Virus record (IMG/VR): IMGVR_UViG_3300046559_001153
Location: 62,001 to 126,000 of that record
Direction: 5' to 3' (one strand)
DNA: 64,000 bases
Below, one piece after another: positions 46,941 to 55,968 of the stretch. Numbering within the stretch: position 1 is the stretch's first letter; every line of letters begins with the position of its first letter. The translations under genes were made by a program, and so were the position numbers. The notes beneath the pieces were generated by a model, which was given only the letters and a program-made list of their open reading frames with translations, had not been told where the DNA came from and made no database searches.

Positions 46941-47177
46941 ATGCAATTCCAACCCCACTTGTGTCCTGAGTGCGGCGAGCCGGCCGACGAAGTGACCACT
47001 TATGTGCTGGTTCACGCACCTATCGAGCCCATCGAGCCTATCGAGGACAATGAGTTCGATTACACGCATGAAGACATCCATGTGCTCTGGGACACGCACG
47101 AGATTTACCACTTCGATGACGGGACAGTCATGCTGCACTGCAAGAACAACCACGGCTGGTCAGCCACTGACACATGA
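46941..47177 (+). CDS. Small Zn-ribbon-like protein
   Basis: CPECG ... CKNNHGW. Confidence 0.65.
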   Translation: MQFQPHLCPECGEPADEVTTYVLVHAPIEPIEPIEDNEFDYTHEDIHVLWDTHEIYHFDDGTVMLHCKNNHGWSATDT

Positions 47178-47302
47178 GTCTGCATCGTCCGTAAGCCGCG
47201 TGAGCGGAACCGAACTGTCGCGTGTCGTTACTCATCCACGCGGACAGAAACCATAAAGGCGGTGCCGGCCCCGCCGCGGGATCTGCGGCCTGACCGGTCT
47301 TT

Positions 47303-47320
47303 TACCTTTTCAAAAAGTTA
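47303..47320. promoter_or_regulatory. 18-bp palindromic motif copy 6 (TACCTTTTCAAAAAGTTA)
   Basis: Intergenic, abuts GGAG SD; 17/18 identical to copy 1. Confidence 0.7.
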
Positions 47321-47330
47321 TGGAGATACC

Positions 47331-47696
47331 ATGTCTGACTCAATCAGTCGACGAACGTTCTTCGGGCGGGCAGCTGCGGCGCCACTGGCTATCCCCGGCT
47401 CGCCCCTTCCGGCAGAGAAACCGGATAAGGCCTGGGTTATCCTGGGCATCAATTGGGAGTACAACGACGAGTACTCCTACGAAGATGGCGAGCATGTCCT
47501 CAATCAGGTCTACTATGACCAGGAGACGGCTCTGGCAGAATGCAAGAGGCTGTGTGACCAGTTCTTTGCCGGCCAGACGCCCACTGACTTTGAATGTGAT
47601 TGGAACTGGCTCGATATCGACGAGACGGATGACTGGGACGCGGTTCGAGCGGCCGGCTTCCCTGACCCTTACTATGTGAAGGAGATGGTCGCATGA
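47331..47696 (+). CDS. Hypothetical protein with twin-arginine-like N-terminus
   Basis: MSDSISRRTFFGRAAAAPLAIPG. Confidence 0.65.
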   Translation: MSDSISRRTFFGRAAAAPLAIPGSPLPAEKPDKAWVILGINWEYNDEYSYEDGEHVLNQVYYDQETALAECKRLCDQFFAGQTPTDFECDWNWLDIDETDDWDAVRAAGFPDPYYVKEMVA

Positions 47697-48058
47697 GCAA
47701 TCCGCTAGTGCACGCAGAGCGATCGATGCTGAAGTGGGGCGGGGTTGTTGAGGACTACCTGCCCATTCACCAGTGGATGGACAGCACCAAGGCCCACTTG
47801 GCCGACAACCGGCATCGGCTGATCCTGCACAACTCATTCGGAATCATCCTGGCCGAGCAGGTGTTTGGCCCGGATTTAATCAACAAATCGGGTAAACGGG
47901 TGTTTGTCCGAGATATCACCATGTGGCACGTGCTGGAAGATCTCGGATTTGTGCCCACACTGGCCGAGTGTCTGAATGGAATCACTGTCGAGCCATGGAT
48001 GGCTGGGGCCCGCAAACTCAGGAAGAACGACGTTACTGCTGTCCCGGACGACCAATAA
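47693..48058 (+). CDS. Conserved hypothetical protein (DUF6915-like)
   Basis: P..HA..S..KWGG..EDYLPIH.W.D.TK....D.RHR...H..FGI..AEQVFG...HV.EDLG. Confidence 0.7.
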   Translation: MSNPLVHAERSMLKWGGVVEDYLPIHQWMDSTKAHLADNRHRLILHNSFGIILAEQVFGPDLINKSGKRVFVRDITMWHVLEDLGFVPTLAECLNGITVEPWMAGARKLRKNDVTAVPDDQ

Positions 48059-48069
48059 AAGGAGACGCA

Positions 48070-48456
48070 ATGAGTGAACTTGACAAGTATGACCTGGAAA
48101 TCGAGAGGCTGATAAACCTGCCTGGATCCAGCACTGAGGCCGCGTGGCTCGACGGAGCGCTGTTGTTTCAGTTCGCGAGTCCCTCAGGTGATGTGGGCCA
48201 GTGTCCGAATGGTCAGAAGTGCGGTTGTCTGACGATGATCCGGAATGCAGCCAATAGTGCGAGTAAATTTGCTGCATGGACGCACAGTTTGACTATGGAA
48301 ATAGCCAGTGACGAACGCATCCCGTTGTCGGTGACCAACCTGATTGATGGGTGGTCTGTGTTGAGTCCGGACCAACGCAGGGACAAGCTGCAGCCCTTCG
48401 CCGAATGGCAACGTCGTCTGGACAAGGAGATTCGCAATGAGCGAGCCAGTGTTTAA
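48070..48456 (+). CDS. Hypothetical protein, paralog family A member 4
   Basis: CGCLTMIR...AWT..LT.EI..DERIP...QPFAEWQRRLDKE. Confidence 0.75.
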   Translation: MSELDKYDLEIERLINLPGSSTEAAWLDGALLFQFASPSGDVGQCPNGQKCGCLTMIRNAANSASKFAAWTHSLTMEIASDERIPLSVTNLIDGWSVLSPDQRRDKLQPFAEWQRRLDKEIRNERASV

Positions 48457-48844
48457 CCCCGGGGACGCGATCCGCAGCATCCTGGTCAGGATTCCCACCT
48501 ACCAGGGACCTGACTGCGGTTACGTGGACTTCGCTGCCCCGCTCGTCGAGCTGTTGATTGAGAATCACTGCGGGCTGACGATTCAAATGGGGCGTCCGGC
48601 CGATCACACGGGACACATGAGCATTCCCGAGATGGTGATCGAGAGACGCAGAAACGGCTGGTGCATCGCGTTGGCGCCAGATCACTGCAGTGATTCGAAC
48701 CTGCTGATCTACGTGGTCGACAACGGCGATGAGCCTAAGACCTACATAGTGATGGACGGACAGCGTAGTCAGTGGCCCGAGATTCTTGAAAATCCACCTG
48801 ATGAGGTGGATCAAATTCCCCAAGTGCAAGGAGGTGATTCGTGA
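48437..48844 (+). CDS. Hypothetical protein
   Basis: AAGGAG SD. Confidence 0.65.
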   Translation: MSEPVFNPGDAIRSILVRIPTYQGPDCGYVDFAAPLVELLIENHCGLTIQMGRPADHTGHMSIPEMVIERRRNGWCIALAPDHCSDSNLLIYVVDNGDEPKTYIVMDGQRSQWPEILENPPDEVDQIPQVQGGDS

Positions 48845-49452
48845 TTTACTGCAAACTAACCGGCCTGCTGTTGGCTTGTGCGTATCTGTGGTCCTGCGTG
48901 GATGAGCAACCGGTCAGGCTGGTGTCGGTCTGGACCAGAGCTGATCAGTCGCTGGTCGCGGAAGCGGGGGACATCTTCGTACCGAGGTCATACAAGCCGG
49001 CACAGTCGAAGGAGCCTGACGACGGGTACGACGGCTCGGGTGTCTGGTTTGACAGGGCTAAAGAAAAGGCGAGAGCCTTGTCGATCGGGTCAAAGGCTCA
49101 GCTTGTGCCCAACCCCAATGATGGACCCGAAGATCCTCCGCCGGCGCCCGAGCCAGAGGACAAGCCTCAGATTGTGCACAGGATGATCTATGCCACAGCT
49201 ACCACGCTCGCGGATATGAAGAACGATGTGATCATCGTGAAGTACGAGCTCAAGCCTCGCGGCCGCGGCGGTGAGGACTTTCCCAGGTTCAGCTTTGAAC
49301 CGATTGTGGGGGATTTCGTGGTTAGCGACACGGGTGACGAATACCAGATCGTCAAGCGACGCTTTGGTTGGACAGGCAAACCACACAAATCCCAGGTGGC
49401 ACTGACCGTCTGGCTCAACCGGTGCAAGTCAATTGGCCCAGAGGATGAGTGA
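48841..49452 (+). CDS. Hypothetical protein with N-terminal hydrophobic/signal segment
   Basis: GGAGG SD; LTGLLLACAYLWSC. Confidence 0.6.
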   Translation: MIYCKLTGLLLACAYLWSCVDEQPVRLVSVWTRADQSLVAEAGDIFVPRSYKPAQSKEPDDGYDGSGVWFDRAKEKARALSIGSKAQLVPNPNDGPEDPPPAPEPEDKPQIVHRMIYATATTLADMKNDVIIVKYELKPRGRGGEDFPRFSFEPIVGDFVVSDTGDEYQIVKRRFGWTGKPHKSQVALTVWLNRCKSIGPEDE

Positions 49453-49796
49453 TGGGTGAAGAAATGACAATTCGTGATCAATTTCAACAGGAGTATGGCA
49501 TGTCTGCTGTAAACGAACTTGAGATTCCTGATGAGTTCATGCTGGACGTAAATGAGCTGGCCTACGCGACGTCGCTGGGCTACCTCAGCTGTGCTCGTTG
49601 CCCGGTTGCAATGGCCCTACGCAGGATGTTCCCTGAGCAGGACATCGCGGTTGGCGGGGACGACGCCGACATCAACGATGTGACTTACCGGTTTGACGGC
49701 GAGTTCGTCCTCAAGGAGATACACGCTGGGAGACTGTTCAGCGTCAAATTGACCAAGAAACTAGCTAGGGGTAAAAAGAATGACAATTCGTGTTGA
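49449..49796 (+). CDS. Hypothetical protein, paralog pair D member 1
   Basis: YL.C..CP.A.ALR...P..DI.VGG...YRFDG shared with 49780. Confidence 0.7.
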   Translation: MMGEEMTIRDQFQQEYGMSAVNELEIPDEFMLDVNELAYATSLGYLSCARCPVAMALRRMFPEQDIAVGGDDADINDVTYRFDGEFVLKEIHAGRLFSVKLTKKLARGKKNDNSC

Positions 49797-50043
49797 AGAA
49801 CGACATTTCGATCCGCCACTCAATTACCTCGATTGCTGGGGATGTCCGTTGGCCAAAGCTCTTCGAGAGCTTTATCCGAATACGGATATTGTCGTTGGCG
49901 GATCGAAATTGAGCATCGGCCGTCGGGAGTATAGATTCGACGGCATGTACGTGAGCCGTTGCGTCAGAGATCGTCTGCCATTTGGTTTAGAACTGGAGCC
50001 GATAGATGAAATTTCTAATCGAGATGAATGTCGAGCCGGATGA
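49780..50043 (+). CDS. Hypothetical protein, paralog pair D member 2
   Basis: YLDCWGCPLAKALRELYPNTDIVVGG...YRFDG. Confidence 0.7.
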   Translation: MTIRVEERHFDPPLNYLDCWGCPLAKALRELYPNTDIVVGGSKLSIGRREYRFDGMYVSRCVRDRLPFGLELEPIDEISNRDECRAG

Positions 50044-50368
50044 CCCGGATGACTCTGCGCGGATTAGCAAGTACATCGGCTCGATCCTGTCTAACTGCAC
50101 AGCCACCGAGGCTCTGTCTGAGGCTATGCAGGCAACAGTCACTTTGAAGATAGCCGACTTGCTGGACTACCTGCCAAAGTCCCCCAGCGACGTCACTATT
50201 GATCGGCTGAAACGTTTCGCCGAACAGCTCGAGTCTGGAGAGCCCATTCCCTGCACACTCGTATCTCAGGAGCAAACCCCGGATGGACCCATTACTATTG
50301 TCAAAGACGGAACACTCGGACCAGACGGCATCAAGCCAAACGATCCCGATCGGGCTGATGGCGTCTAA
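50006..50368 (+). CDS. Hypothetical protein
   Basis: ORF in array. Confidence 0.55.
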   Translation: MKFLIEMNVEPDDPDDSARISKYIGSILSNCTATEALSEAMQATVTLKIADLLDYLPKSPSDVTIDRLKRFAEQLESGEPIPCTLVSQEQTPDGPITIVKDGTLGPDGIKPNDPDRADGV

Positions 50369-50735
50369 AACTAAGCGTGAGACCGAGGCTGAGGCAACTG
50401 ACGCAGAGCTCAATCGTCTGAGACAGCTTGATCTGACGATCGAAGAGGCGATTGAGGCGCTGGTTGTCCTATACGAGGACATCTACTGTGTCAGCCGGAT
50501 GGGGATCAACTCGGGACTGTGTGATGACTTCGCTTGGGCTGTGTGTGAGTTGATTGACGGGGCTGAGTCGCACTGGGGTGATGAGCTGTGCGACGAGTCG
50601 GCCGATGAGCTGGACATCGAGTTGTACGGCTACCATTGCTTTGTCGCGTACGAGGGCAGATACTACGACTCCGAGGAACCGACCGGCGTGGACAATTTCC
50701 AAGACCTTCCCTGTTTCTCGAGAGGGGTGCCGTAA
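50358..50735 (+). CDS. Hypothetical protein
   Basis: INSGLCDDFA...HCF..Y.GRYYDSE.P.GV pattern. Confidence 0.65.
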   Translation: MASKTKRETEAEATDAELNRLRQLDLTIEEAIEALVVLYEDIYCVSRMGINSGLCDDFAWAVCELIDGAESHWGDELCDESADELDIELYGYHCFVAYEGRYYDSEEPTGVDNFQDLPCFSRGVP

Positions 50736-50797
50736 TCAAGCAACTTGAGTGAGTCTGTTCGGTGTTTGTTTTCTACTCTTTAACCCAGGAGTGTTTT

Positions 50798-51337
50798 ATG
50801 AAACGGCTTTTGAATTTCGTGTGTTCGTTGACGCTGTTGTTCGTGCTGCAGGACGTGAGGGCCGACGAGCACTCCGCCGATGCTGCGAGAGACAATGAAA
50901 AGCAATTGATTGAGGACATGGAGTCCGCTGACAGTCTGAGCTCGTGCCTGAACGCGGCGATCAAAGGCGGGAGTTTCTCACTGCGGGACCTCGTCAAGGA
51001 CATCAACAAGGGGGTCTACAACTCGAAACCGGCCGACAAACGACAAGAGATCCGCGACTACTACCTGGTCGCCGTCAGCAATGATAATGCCGCCGCCATG
51101 TGGATTCATAACACGGCAGTCGGCGCTCTGTGCCATCAAAGACGTGGAAACAGGTATTGCGAGATAGCTCAGGGGCATCCCGAAATGGAGATGAACCCCG
51201 ACAGCCAGATGTACTATGAAAAAGCGGCCGAGGCGTACAGCGACGGCTCCAATGACTGTTGTTATAAAGCCCTCACGTACATCTCCAACGGGCATTCGGC
51301 TGTTGCCGCCGCGTGGGACATCTTCAATAACTGGTAA
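50798..51337 (+). CDS. Secreted helical protein
   Basis: AGGAG SD; signal peptide MKRLLNFVCSLTLLFVLQDVRA. Confidence 0.75.
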   Translation: MKRLLNFVCSLTLLFVLQDVRADEHSADAARDNEKQLIEDMESADSLSSCLNAAIKGGSFSLRDLVKDINKGVYNSKPADKRQEIRDYYLVAVSNDNAAAMWIHNTAVGALCHQRRGNRYCEIAQGHPEMEMNPDSQMYYEKAAEAYSDGSNDCCYKALTYISNGHSAVAAAWDIFNNW

Positions 51338-51379
51338 CACGTGAGATCTTCGTGAAGTGACGTTTCAATGAGTTGAGGC

Positions 51380-51434
51380 GCCCGGCAGCCACGATCACCT
51401 GATATGGTGGTTAGGCTGCCGGGTGTTTTGTTTT
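51380..51434 (+). terminator. Rho-independent terminator
   Basis: Stem gcccggcagcc/ggctgccgggt then gttttgttttt. Confidence 0.7.
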
Positions 51435-51451
51435 TCTCGATAGGACATCCG

Positions 51452-51808
51452 ATGGCTAATAAAAAGAAACCGGCGAATTACAAGGGCTTCGGCGAACGCA
51501 AGACGCAGCAGCCGCCAGCGTTCATCGCCTGGTTTGACAACCGGGGCGAGCTTCACGAGTCTGAGCTCATTGTCGCGTACCGGACAGTCAGACAGACACG
51601 CTTGCTGGCTGGTTCCGAGGCGTTTGGTGGCCGAAAGCACGTCGAGTCCAGGTATCTCCACGCGTCGCAGCACGCGGCACGTGTGGCCCTGCTGAACAAG
51701 CTCAGGGATGAGCGTGATGACCTGTACGTCAAGCTTCAGTGCGTACAGGCCCGGATGCACCTGGTTGAGGCCCTCATGCAAATCCCCCAGTCGAGACAGC
51801 CAGAATGA
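51452..51808 (+). CDS. Hypothetical protein
   Basis: AGGA SD; coupled to next gene. Confidence 0.6.
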   Translation: MANKKKPANYKGFGERKTQQPPAFIAWFDNRGELHESELIVAYRTVRQTRLLAGSEAFGGRKHVESRYLHASQHAARVALLNKLRDERDDLYVKLQCVQARMHLVEALMQIPQSRQPE

Positions 51809-52083
51809 GAACCAATTACAAGGCCGAGATTGACGTCGACCGGACAACCGGCCAGGTGAAGTCGCTTCGCATCCAGTTCCGGTCGGGTGACCATTCATCA
51901 ACGGAGTGGCGGTCGTGGGGCTGCAATCTGGATTTCGACAAGAATGACAGACTGCTCGGCGCCGAGATCTTCAAGCCTGTCGCCCGCAGCAAGCTGGCAG
52001 CCCTGACTAAGCAATTGGGGAAAGACGGTCAGTTCCTTATGGCCACAATTCCAAATGGTCTGTTGCTTGCGGAAGGGAGCTAA
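51805..52083 (+). CDS. DUF2283-like small protein
   Basis: L.IQF.......NLDFDKNDRLLGAEIF. Confidence 0.5.
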   Translation: MRTNYKAEIDVDRTTGQVKSLRIQFRSGDHSSTEWRSWGCNLDFDKNDRLLGAEIFKPVARSKLAALTKQLGKDGQFLMATIPNGLLLAEGS

Positions 52084-52086
52084 CCC

Positions 52087-52305
52087 ATGGAACAGACCGA
52101 ACGATGTGACACGCCTCGGTGTCGTGAGCCGGTTGTTCCAAATAAGAAGTTGTTTGGCCGGCCGCTGCGTTACTGTCAGTTCTGCTTGTTGATTCTGGAA
52201 GGGCAACTGGCTGATCGCCAGTTTCGTGATGCGCTGCTCGAGAGGGCGCGCGACTACACTGAGGCAGTGGACCGTAGACGATATGAAAGGAGTCAGGATG
52301 CCTGA
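52087..52305 (+). CDS. Small Zn-finger-like protein
   Basis: CDTPRC ... YCQFC. Confidence 0.6.
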   Translation: MEQTERCDTPRCREPVVPNKKLFGRPLRYCQFCLLILEGQLADRQFRDALLERARDYTEAVDRRRYERSQDA

Positions 52306-52681
52306 ATCTAAGACGACACGCGGCCAACAACTGAAACCCACAGACGCGGAGTTGCTGGAGTTTGTGGCGAGGTTCGCGGGGCTAAAATATGTGCTGATAG
52401 AAAAAGATGGTACTGTTACACATCAGCTTGAAAATGACTCCAGGGATTATCCGGTCCCCGACTACCTCAACAGCCTCGACGCTTGGCACAGGGACGTGTG
52501 GCCGAAGATTCATGACGATCGGTACGAAGTCGATTGGTGGGCCGAACTCGTCGAACTTATCGGAAATGTAGGTGGCTGTGATTGGAAGTATGCCAACGCT
52601 GACGCCCGCAGCCGATGTCTCGCTCTGTGGAGAGCGTTGGATGGTAAATTACCGGACGCACTGGAAGGCGGTGTAAAGTGA
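52298..52681 (+). CDS. Hypothetical protein
   Basis: GAAAGGAG SD; PDYLNSLDAW...A.AR.RC.A. Confidence 0.65.
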   Translation: MPESKTTRGQQLKPTDAELLEFVARFAGLKYVLIEKDGTVTHQLENDSRDYPVPDYLNSLDAWHRDVWPKIHDDRYEVDWWAELVELIGNVGGCDWKYANADARSRCLALWRALDGKLPDALEGGVK

Positions 52682-52878
52682 ACAAAGGTGATGTAGTCTA
52701 CATCGTGGCTGTTCTGATTTCGACCGGAACATTTGTGCTTGGCTCTGTGCTTGGCTCATATTCAGGCGCATCAACTGTCCGAGGTGACGCTATCAAGGCC
52801 GGCGTCGCTCAGTGGTCTGTCGATTCGAAGACCGGGGTGACAAAGTTCGAATGGATAAAACCAGTCGATAGTAAGTAG
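52678..52878 (+). CDS. Small membrane-anchored protein
   Basis: One hydrophobic helix; DAIKAGVAQW. Confidence 0.6.
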   Translation: MNKGDVVYIVAVLISTGTFVLGSVLGSYSGASTVRGDAIKAGVAQWSVDSKTGVTKFEWIKPVDSK

Positions 52879-52916
52879 GCCCGGTGAAAGATCTGGTTCT
52901 CAAGTAAAGGACTGTC

Positions 52917-53069
52917 GTGGTATTTACACCCGAAGAGAGACAGGCCGCCAGCAGAGGATTTGTTGGCGGCCTGTTGGATGGTTGTCTTATGACGGTGCTC
53001 TGGCTGGCGTTGGTTGCCATGTTCACAATGATCTGGTTTGCCCTCTTTATCTGGATAGGCTGGTTATGA
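52917..53069 (+). CDS. Small hydrophobic protein (50 aa)
   Basis: AAAGGA SD, GTG start; LMTVLWLALVAMFTMIWFALFIWIGWL. Confidence 0.5.
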   Translation: MVFTPEERQAASRGFVGGLLDGCLMTVLWLALVAMFTMIWFALFIWIGWL

Positions 53070-53163
53070 AATACCCAACAGACGAGACACTAGAGAAATT
53101 CCTGTTCGAGTTTTGTGACGGCCGGGCCTGTCATGCTGGCGATGTCGTAGCTCTGGGGCCTCG

Positions 53164-53637
53164 TTGATCTTGCTGGGGAGTGTGGATTTCTGGCAGTTTA
53201 ACGTCATGCCGAACATCGAGGCTAGAGGCATCGAATTCGAGAAACGCTGGGCATTGACGCTTGAAGAAATGATCATGGACGAATTGCAGTTGGCTGACGA
53301 GAAGAACGGCCAGCCGGTCAGGAATCGATCTTTTAACGGGGTCGATGAGAATCTGTTGCGCATCAGGCTGATCACCGCCAGCACAAGGGAGCGATGGATC
53401 GCCTTGTACAATGCCTGTGACCCGCATCCGGTCGAGTACAACATGAAGCCGGCGCCTTATGGCGACATTATGCCGCTGTCTGAGTGGCTCGAGGCTGTGA
53501 ACACTGGGGGTTTTATTGATTATGACGGGAGCGGTTATCCGATGCGGGACGGCAACATGTCCAGCTTCTGCATCAAGCCGTCCCGTGCAGCGTTGGTGCC
53601 CCCCGACGCGACACACATTCAATGGTACAACAAGTAG
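53164..53637 (+). CDS. Hypothetical protein, paralog pair E member 1
   Basis: C-terminal D.DG.GYP.R.G......PS.....P.DATHI.W..K shared with 53647. Confidence 0.7.
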   Translation: MILLGSVDFWQFNVMPNIEARGIEFEKRWALTLEEMIMDELQLADEKNGQPVRNRSFNGVDENLLRIRLITASTRERWIALYNACDPHPVEYNMKPAPYGDIMPLSEWLEAVNTGGFIDYDGSGYPMRDGNMSSFCIKPSRAALVPPDATHIQWYNK

Positions 53638-53646
53638 GGAGACGAA

Positions 53647-54060
53647 GTGAATTCAGGGATTCCGCAGCGTGTGTTACTCGATCCTCTTGTGCGGCACCTC
53701 AAGGCGCAGCAGATGGAAGGAACCGAGTTTATTTTTGTGGTAGTGAGGCCCGACGGTGAAGTGTCAATCGAGTCGGATCTGCCGATGGAGCTGGTCTTCA
53801 CAATTTTGCGAGCCGTAGTCGACGACGCACCAGCCCTCGTGCAGTACGACCAGGAGATTGAGTTCGGCCAGGGCCAGCTGATTGACGTCGGCACATTTAT
53901 CTCAATGGCCGACAATCTGGTTCTAACGGACTGTGATGGCCGCGGCTATCCGGTCAGAGCTGGCAAACACAGTCAGCAGATCATCTATCCGTCGGGTGTA
54001 CGGGACATTCCGAATGACGCCACACACATCTGGTGGGTCACCAAAGACCAAGCTTCATAG
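53647..54060 (+). CDS. Hypothetical protein, paralog pair E member 2
   Basis: TDCDGRGYPVRAGKHSQQIIYPSGVRDIPNDATHIWWVTK. Confidence 0.7.
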   Translation: MNSGIPQRVLLDPLVRHLKAQQMEGTEFIFVVVRPDGEVSIESDLPMELVFTILRAVVDDAPALVQYDQEIEFGQGQLIDVGTFISMADNLVLTDCDGRGYPVRAGKHSQQIIYPSGVRDIPNDATHIWWVTKDQAS

Positions 54061-54070
54061 GGAGAATGAG

Positions 54071-54409
54071 ATGTACCTGATCGGTAACCGCTTATTCGAC
54101 ACTAAATGGTGGAACCAGGAAAAGGAGAAATGGGCCGGTCCGGACGAGGCAACACGATTCACTACAGAGGATGTCAAGAAGATTCGCCTGCCGCCCGAGG
54201 GCTATTGGTGTCCTCTATGGAGCGTCGACTTCGTCCAATTCTCGAGATTGATCAGCGAGGCGTCAGAGGCTGGTGCTTTTGCCGCGCCGATCATGTCACG
54301 CATGGCCGAATCAATGGATCTCACTGGCAGGCAGGTGTGTTCGCTTATTGACCGGGCGATCAATCGCTGGGACGAGGCTAAAATGAAATTGAAAAGGAAC
54401 AAAACATGA
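54071..54409 (+). CDS. Hypothetical protein
   Basis: GGGAGA SD. Confidence 0.65.
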   Translation: MYLIGNRLFDTKWWNQEKEKWAGPDEATRFTTEDVKKIRLPPEGYWCPLWSVDFVQFSRLISEASEAGAFAAPIMSRMAESMDLTGRQVCSLIDRAINRWDEAKMKLKRNKT

Positions 54410-54777
54410 ATTGGAACGAGCCGTTGCTGGAGAACACACGGCAGATGTCCATCTGGCCCGAATCGCCCGAGGAGTTCGCCATGCTGGATCCGCCGGCGAA
54501 CAGAAGGATGCAGCTGCAACCGGTGTTCACGGGCGACATGTTCAAACAGGCTGTTGCTTATCCTGTCCTGGTCGAGGGCTGGGACAAGAAAAAATCAGGA
54601 CGCGTCAAACGGGCTTGGCTCAAAGAGTTCACCGAGGCTGAGCGAACGACAATCAGCAGCTATTACAAGCGGTTCTACCGCTGGCATCTGGTGACTGGCA
54701 TGCCTGCCCATGTTTCATGTCGTCTGACGACGCTGGCCTTGCTGCAGCGGGCTGTGAATTTCTTCGCAAGCATCTAA
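54406..54777 (+). CDS. Hypothetical protein
   Basis: ATGA coupling. Confidence 0.65.
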   Translation: MNWNEPLLENTRQMSIWPESPEEFAMLDPPANRRMQLQPVFTGDMFKQAVAYPVLVEGWDKKKSGRVKRAWLKEFTEAERTTISSYYKRFYRWHLVTGMPAHVSCRLTTLALLQRAVNFFASI

Positions 54778-54787
54778 GGAGATTCAA

Positions 54788-55081
54788 ATGAGCTTGTACA
54801 TGACAATCGATGCGGCCCAGCTGAGAGCAGCACTGTCTGAGATCGAGGCAGCTGAGCAGAATGGATTCAATCATTGTCTGGCTGTGTTTTTCATCGCTGA
54901 GGCCAGTCGTCGCCTGTCTGGCACAAAAGCCGAGTACAGCGACATGATCGAGCGGGCCCATCCAACAGACGAGCGATTCGACTGGGGACGGTACCAGGAA
55001 GTGAGCCGGGAAAACAAGTTTGTGCGTGGCGAACTTGTACCAATCAAACCGAGAAAGAAAAGGAAGCACCGCGATGCTTAA
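54788..55081 (+). CDS. Hypothetical protein
   Basis: AAGGAG SD. Confidence 0.65.
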   Translation: MSLYMTIDAAQLRAALSEIEAAEQNGFNHCLAVFFIAEASRRLSGTKAEYSDMIERAHPTDERFDWGRYQEVSRENKFVRGELVPIKPRKKRKHRDA

Positions 55082-55388
55082 AATCAACCGTGACGCGAAC
55101 CGTAAGGCCACTGACCACTGGGATGAACTGCAGGTTGTGCACGACGCGCTGGTCAAAACGCGAGATGATTGCGAGAAAGTTCCGTCCAAGAGATTGGGCG
55201 TCCGCATCTTCCATGAGGGAAATGAGATGATGTGGGATTCTCTGGTGCTCCCGAAAACGATAATCGCGGAGCTGCAGACCTGGCTGGTGGCCCGACTGAA
55301 GGAAGAGATCCACGCTACGAGAGTGACACAAGAACGGATTTGGACTGCTGAGGTCAAGGATCTGCACGCCAAAAACGGGACGAAGTGA
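55074..55388 (+). CDS. Hypothetical protein
   Basis: AAGGA SD. Confidence 0.6.
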   Translation: MLKINRDANRKATDHWDELQVVHDALVKTRDDCEKVPSKRLGVRIFHEGNEMMWDSLVLPKTIIAELQTWLVARLKEEIHATRVTQERIWTAEVKDLHAKNGTK

Positions 55389-55612
55389 TGGCCGACGTCG
55401 TCAGTCTGAAGTCTGTGGGCTGTGCTTACCGAAACGGACGTCGGATGCCCGGTTGGGGCGTCATTTCGCTCGATGACGGCAGGAAGCTGTATTGCCGCGA
55501 AGCTGAGAACAGTTTTGACGCCATGTGTGCCCGGGCCGAATTGCTCGGGCACACAGTTTCTAGAATGCGAGCCCGTCTCGATCACTGGGTGGAGACGGGC
55601 CAGTTTATTTGA
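55385..55612 (+). CDS. Hypothetical protein
   Basis: GTGA coupling. Confidence 0.6.
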   Translation: MMADVVSLKSVGCAYRNGRRMPGWGVISLDDGRKLYCREAENSFDAMCARAELLGHTVSRMRARLDHWVETGQFI

Positions 55613-55968
55613 AGGACTCACGGATGCGAATTTTATCACCGATGACATTGGCGAGGATCATCGCCTTGCTGCCCGCCAGGTCTCAATTTGTATTGATAAC
55701 CGCGGTCAAGGAAGGCACGGGAGTCGACACGAACATCACTGATCCAAAGGTGGCTAAGATGTTCGTGCTCGAGACGGGGGCTGAGATGAGCCCTAAGGAT
55801 GCGGTCTGTCTTCATGACACGGATGGGGCTGGTGATTGTCAGCTGTGCGTCCGTGATCGAACGAAATGTCCACTCAACCCAGGAGAGAAGAATGGCGACG
55901 AGAAAGCTCACACACCAGATGATGGCCGACCTGTCCCTGCACAAACTGTTGGAGATCGGCCTGCGTGA
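55609..55968 (+). CDS. Hypothetical protein
   Basis: TTGA coupling; CLHDTDGAGDCQLC motif. Confidence 0.5.
   Translation: MKDSRMRILSPMTLARIIALLPARSQFVLITAVKEGTGVDTNITDPKVAKMFVLETGAEMSPKDAVCLHDTDGAGDCQLCVRDRTKCPLNPGEKNGDEKAHTPDDGRPVPAQTVGDRPA

Noticed and set aside
48841-49452. Thermonuclease (SNase) call
   Set aside because: Catalytic DGDT and R/E motifs not found
54653-55648. 331-aa minus-strand ORF
   Set aside because: Spans several well-formed + strand genes; no recognisable features
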